Assembly: GCA_016618085.1 (NCBI GenBank) | Contig: JABLTG010000025.1 | Span: forward strand, 124,001 to 150,808 | Reading direction: 5' to 3' | DNA length: 26,808 bases | DNA from: Neovahlkampfia damariscottae | Lineage: Eukaryota | Notes under the pieces: generated by a model | Database searches by the model: none | What the model was told of the DNA's origin: nothing | Seen by the model: the letters and a program-made list of their open reading frames with translations, nothing else | Made by a program: the position numbers and the translations under genes | Part shown: positions 23,989 to 26,808 of the stretch, piece after piece | How the letters are laid out: each line of letters opens with the position of its first letter | How positions within the stretch are numbered: position 1 is the first letter of the stretch

Positions 23989-26114
23989 AATATTTGTTCT
24001 TGGAACTCTTTTTCATCTTCTTCAGTTGTGAAATATAAAATTTGGTTGTTTTGAATTGAATTTATGTCAACTATTTCAGCTTCAATTGGTAGAGATTCTC
24101 TAATTTTAATTCCTTTTATTTTTAAGTATTCATTTTCAATTCCTAACAACTTCTCCAAATCTTCTGGTAGTTGAATTTTAGTTCCCCTTTTTTTGTCCAT
24201 ATTTTCTTAAGATGACATTTTTTTTATCTTGAATCTTTGGTATTTTTGAAATAGATTCCTCAATTTCTTCAAATTGATTTAATTTTCTCTTTTTTTCTCC
24301 AAATTGAATTGGATTTTTTTTTTTTACAATAATTTCTTTTTGATTTTCAATATAAATTTTAAAAGTCAAAAAATCAGAAGAATGATAAATGTACATTGTT
24401 TTAACTGTTGAAGATTTTGGAAACCAATATTTCTTTGTTTCAAGTTTTTTTGGATCCACAGTTGTCCAATTGATTACCCAAGTTTCTTTTGCTTTCAATC
24501 CAAAATGATACAATTCTCCTTGTCTATAAACATGATGCCATAATGTAGATGTTGTGTTATATGAAGGTTTTAAATTTAAAGTTAAATTAACTCCATGTTC
24601 TATCAAATAAATATTATCTTGATCCAATTTCATTAACATATCACAAGAAATGGCTTGTTGAGGGAATTGATGTGATTTTAATTTTGAACTCTTGTATGAT
24701 GAGAATTTATCTAAAGGAACATTTTTTTCTAAATTGTATCTATATTATTTAAAATAATATTTTTTTTTTACATGATGGATTGAAAATTAGAAAGTGTTTG
24801 TTTGAGTGATTGATAAAATTCAACTCGATAAATAGATTCTTTACATCCAGGAATTTCTTTTGATAAGCAACTATTGTTTGACAATCTTTCACCAAATATT
24901 AATGGTACAATTTTGATATTTTCAATGGTTGCTTTTACAATAGCACGTATATTCAAATTGTCGTTCAAATAAGGAAGAGTGATTAAAGGTTGTTGTATTT
25001 GTTTATTCATTGAAAAAAGTAACCATTTTTCAACAAAAGGAGATGCAATAATAAATTTTCCAGATAATTTTCTTAAAATATTTGCTCTTTGTAAAATATT
25101 TGATTCTTGAGGATAGAGTGTATTGATATCTTGATGTTGAAAAAAACTATAAAGTGTTTTTAGACATGAAACATCACTATCAATTAATTTAATCATTTTT
25201 CCAAAATTGACTGATTCATCACGAGCATAATCAAATAAATCCATTCCATAGACAAGACTTTTCCATTCAGAGGTTGTTGGAACTGTTTTTTTTTTAATTA
25301 CTATATCTTCAGATAAATATTTTCCAAATAAAGTTGTTAAACCTTGTGCACCTAAAGTTTGATCATAAATATCTTTTTTTATTTCTGATTCAATTTTTAT
25401 ATTTTCTTGATCTTCATATTGTTCAAATAATTCATTCAATTCTTCCAAAGTAAAATAGGATGAAACAATCTTATTTGATATATTAAATGGTGAACTTCCA
25501 AGAGTATCATAAATATAATCTCCTGCCCAATTAGTTATTCCAAGAACTGAATGTAAACAATTGGAATCAAAGTCTTGTATTTTCTTTTGTTTTAATGTTC
25601 TCAACATTGATAAAAATCTATTTTTAATATCTTTATGAAGATTTGATATGGAATCTAATTCATCCAAAATGAGAATACAATCTTTTCCATCATAATATTC
25701 TTCTTTAAATTTAAAAAGTTCATAAAATGAAGATGATTCAAATGAAAGTGTTGGTATTTTTTTTCCAGTAATTTTTTCAATTTTTAAAGAAAATTCTTTG
25801 AAAAATTCTTCATAAAATTTATCTGAACTTTGATTTTTATCTACAATACCGAGGATATCAATATAAATTGGTAAAAATTGATCTTTTAATTGATCCAATA
25901 ATTTATTTACACGAGTAGTTTTACCACTTTGACTTGGAGCAACAAGTAAAAGATAGTGACCAATTTTTAGTTGAGGAATTAAATTTTTTTCATTCCATTC
26001 AGAAGGATCAATATAAAAATGATAACGTGGATCTACTAAACCATTTGGACAAAAACATCTTTTAACTGATCCTGTAATTTTTTCTTGATCCTTAACAAGT
26101 TTTGTTTGATCCAT
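23790..26114 (-). CDS. AAA/STAND-type P-loop ATPase + PD-(D/E)XK-like nuclease + C-terminal KHA-like domain (1 intron, 1 frameshift)
   Basis: Walker A APSQSGKTT, Walker B ILILDELD, and SPFNI. Intron 24740-24771 joins ORF 24768..26114 in frame to ...LEKNV...CDML...YLIEHG...HHVYRQGELY. Removing one base of the 7-nt run at 24188-24194 continues into RGTKIQLPEDLEKLL...AEIVDINSIQNNQILYF (KHA-like). The 3' end is uncertain. Confidence 0.75.
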
Positions 26115-26308
26115 TTAAAACAGAATCTTTATGATTGGTTTGTTTAATTGAAACAAAATAATAAACTATTGGTTAAAACTCCATTTTGTTTTCAAACACA
26201 ACAACATTGAAAAATTTACTTCATGCTTTTGGAAAAAAAAAATTAAGATAAAATTTCGTCGTTGAGAAGTTATGAAATGATTTTTTTCAGTTTTAACAAT
26301 AAATAAAC

Positions 26309-26514
26309 AGTAGTAGATGTGAAAAGTCCGGACGGCGATTTAACTTTTTTTAATTTTCACCCCCCAAGGAAGTAAAAAAAGACCATTTTGGCGGATTTTT
26401 CATTTTTTTTGACCAAATCCCCCGTTATCCCCTGAGCCATTTTCTTTCCAGCTCACGCCTCAACTCGGCGGTTTTTTGTCATTTGAAAATTTTAGTTACC
26501 TTCTTACTTTTTGT
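26309..26514 (+). repeat. GC-richer segment starting AGTAGTAG, a diverged same-orientation relative of 22700-22907 (putative element terminus)
   Basis: It shares four collinear blocks with 22700-22907 (see findings). Confidence 0.5.
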
Positions 26515-26600
26515 TATCCATAATTTTTCATTTTGGTTCTGTTTATTTGTTGGTCCGTTATATTGCTTTTTGGTTGGTATAAAATTATGGGTAATAAAAA

Positions 26601-26749
26601 CTACGAGTTTGTAAATCCATAATTTTGGAAGATTTGAATCCTTTCTAATTGGAAGTTTGAAGCGCTTTGATTGGCTTAATCCTTTGTTTTGGAAGTTTGC
26701 AAATCATTCTTTTTGGAGGTTTGTAACTTTACGTTCAGAAGTTTTGGAC
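26601..26749. repeat. Degenerate ~23-bp tandem repeat (core TTGGAAGTTTG)
   Basis: Units at 26616-26638, 26639-26661, 26680-26703, 26704-26726 and 26727-26749. Confidence 0.75.
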
Positions 26750-26808
26750 TTTTAAATTGGGTTTAAAGTTATAATAATTATATATTCTAATAATATATAA
26801 TCATTTTA

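Larger units (their letters stand above)
22700..26308. mobile_element. Putative Maverick/Polinton-integrase mobile element (right boundary uncertain)
   Basis: It starts AGTAAGTAG at the 5S break, has a ~200-bp GC-richer leader, then the integrase and a convergent ATPase-nuclease gene. No clear right TIR or TSD is in the window. Confidence 0.55.

Noticed and set aside
26499..26509. CCTTCTTACTT as a right TIR (10/11 match to the reverse complement of 22699-22709)
   Set aside because: It is too short, does not extend, and is not followed by the TAGAGA TSD or the 5S remainder.
26601..26749. CRISPR array or telomeric repeat
   Set aside because: The units are degenerate and mostly abutting, without regular unique spacers. 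There are no cas genes, the context is eukaryotic, and there is no short perfect telomere unit.
22962..26808. Complete Polinton/virophage or LTR retrotransposon
   Set aside because: No pPolB, capsid, protease, gag or RT is in the window. The ATPase is AAA/STAND-like rather than an A32/FtsK packaging type.

Overview
This is AT-rich, very gene-dense eukaryotic (protist-like) nuclear DNA using the standard code. It has many tiny (about 31-44 nt) GT-AG introns and CCAAT-box promoters; a heterolobosean-type amoeba is my unverified guess. Bases 1-22.0 kb hold host genes: a DUF3755-like protein, a hypothetical protein, CAF-1 large subunit, GAA1, MON2, a K/E/Q-rich protein, calmodulin, a small hypothetical, USP7, V-ATPase subunit e (missed by the ORF track), SmD3 and a ~1951-aa helical repeat protein. 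The last ~4.2 kb is different. A 5S rRNA gene (22616-~22699) breaks off at box C. Directly at the break, a GC-richer segment starting AGTAAGTAG leads into a Maverick/Polinton-type DDE integrase. Convergent with the integrase is an intron-containing AAA-ATPase + PD-(D/E)XK-like nuclease + KHA-like gene. Both genes carry a +1 frameshift in an A7 run. A second, related AGTAGTAG-starting segment (26309-26514) and a ~23-bp minisatellite end the window. The best candidate for something new is a compact integrase + ATPase/nuclease mobile element sitting in, or carrying, a 5S rRNA gene. Its other end and target-site duplication are not visible here. All family assignments come from motif recognition by eye, not database searches.
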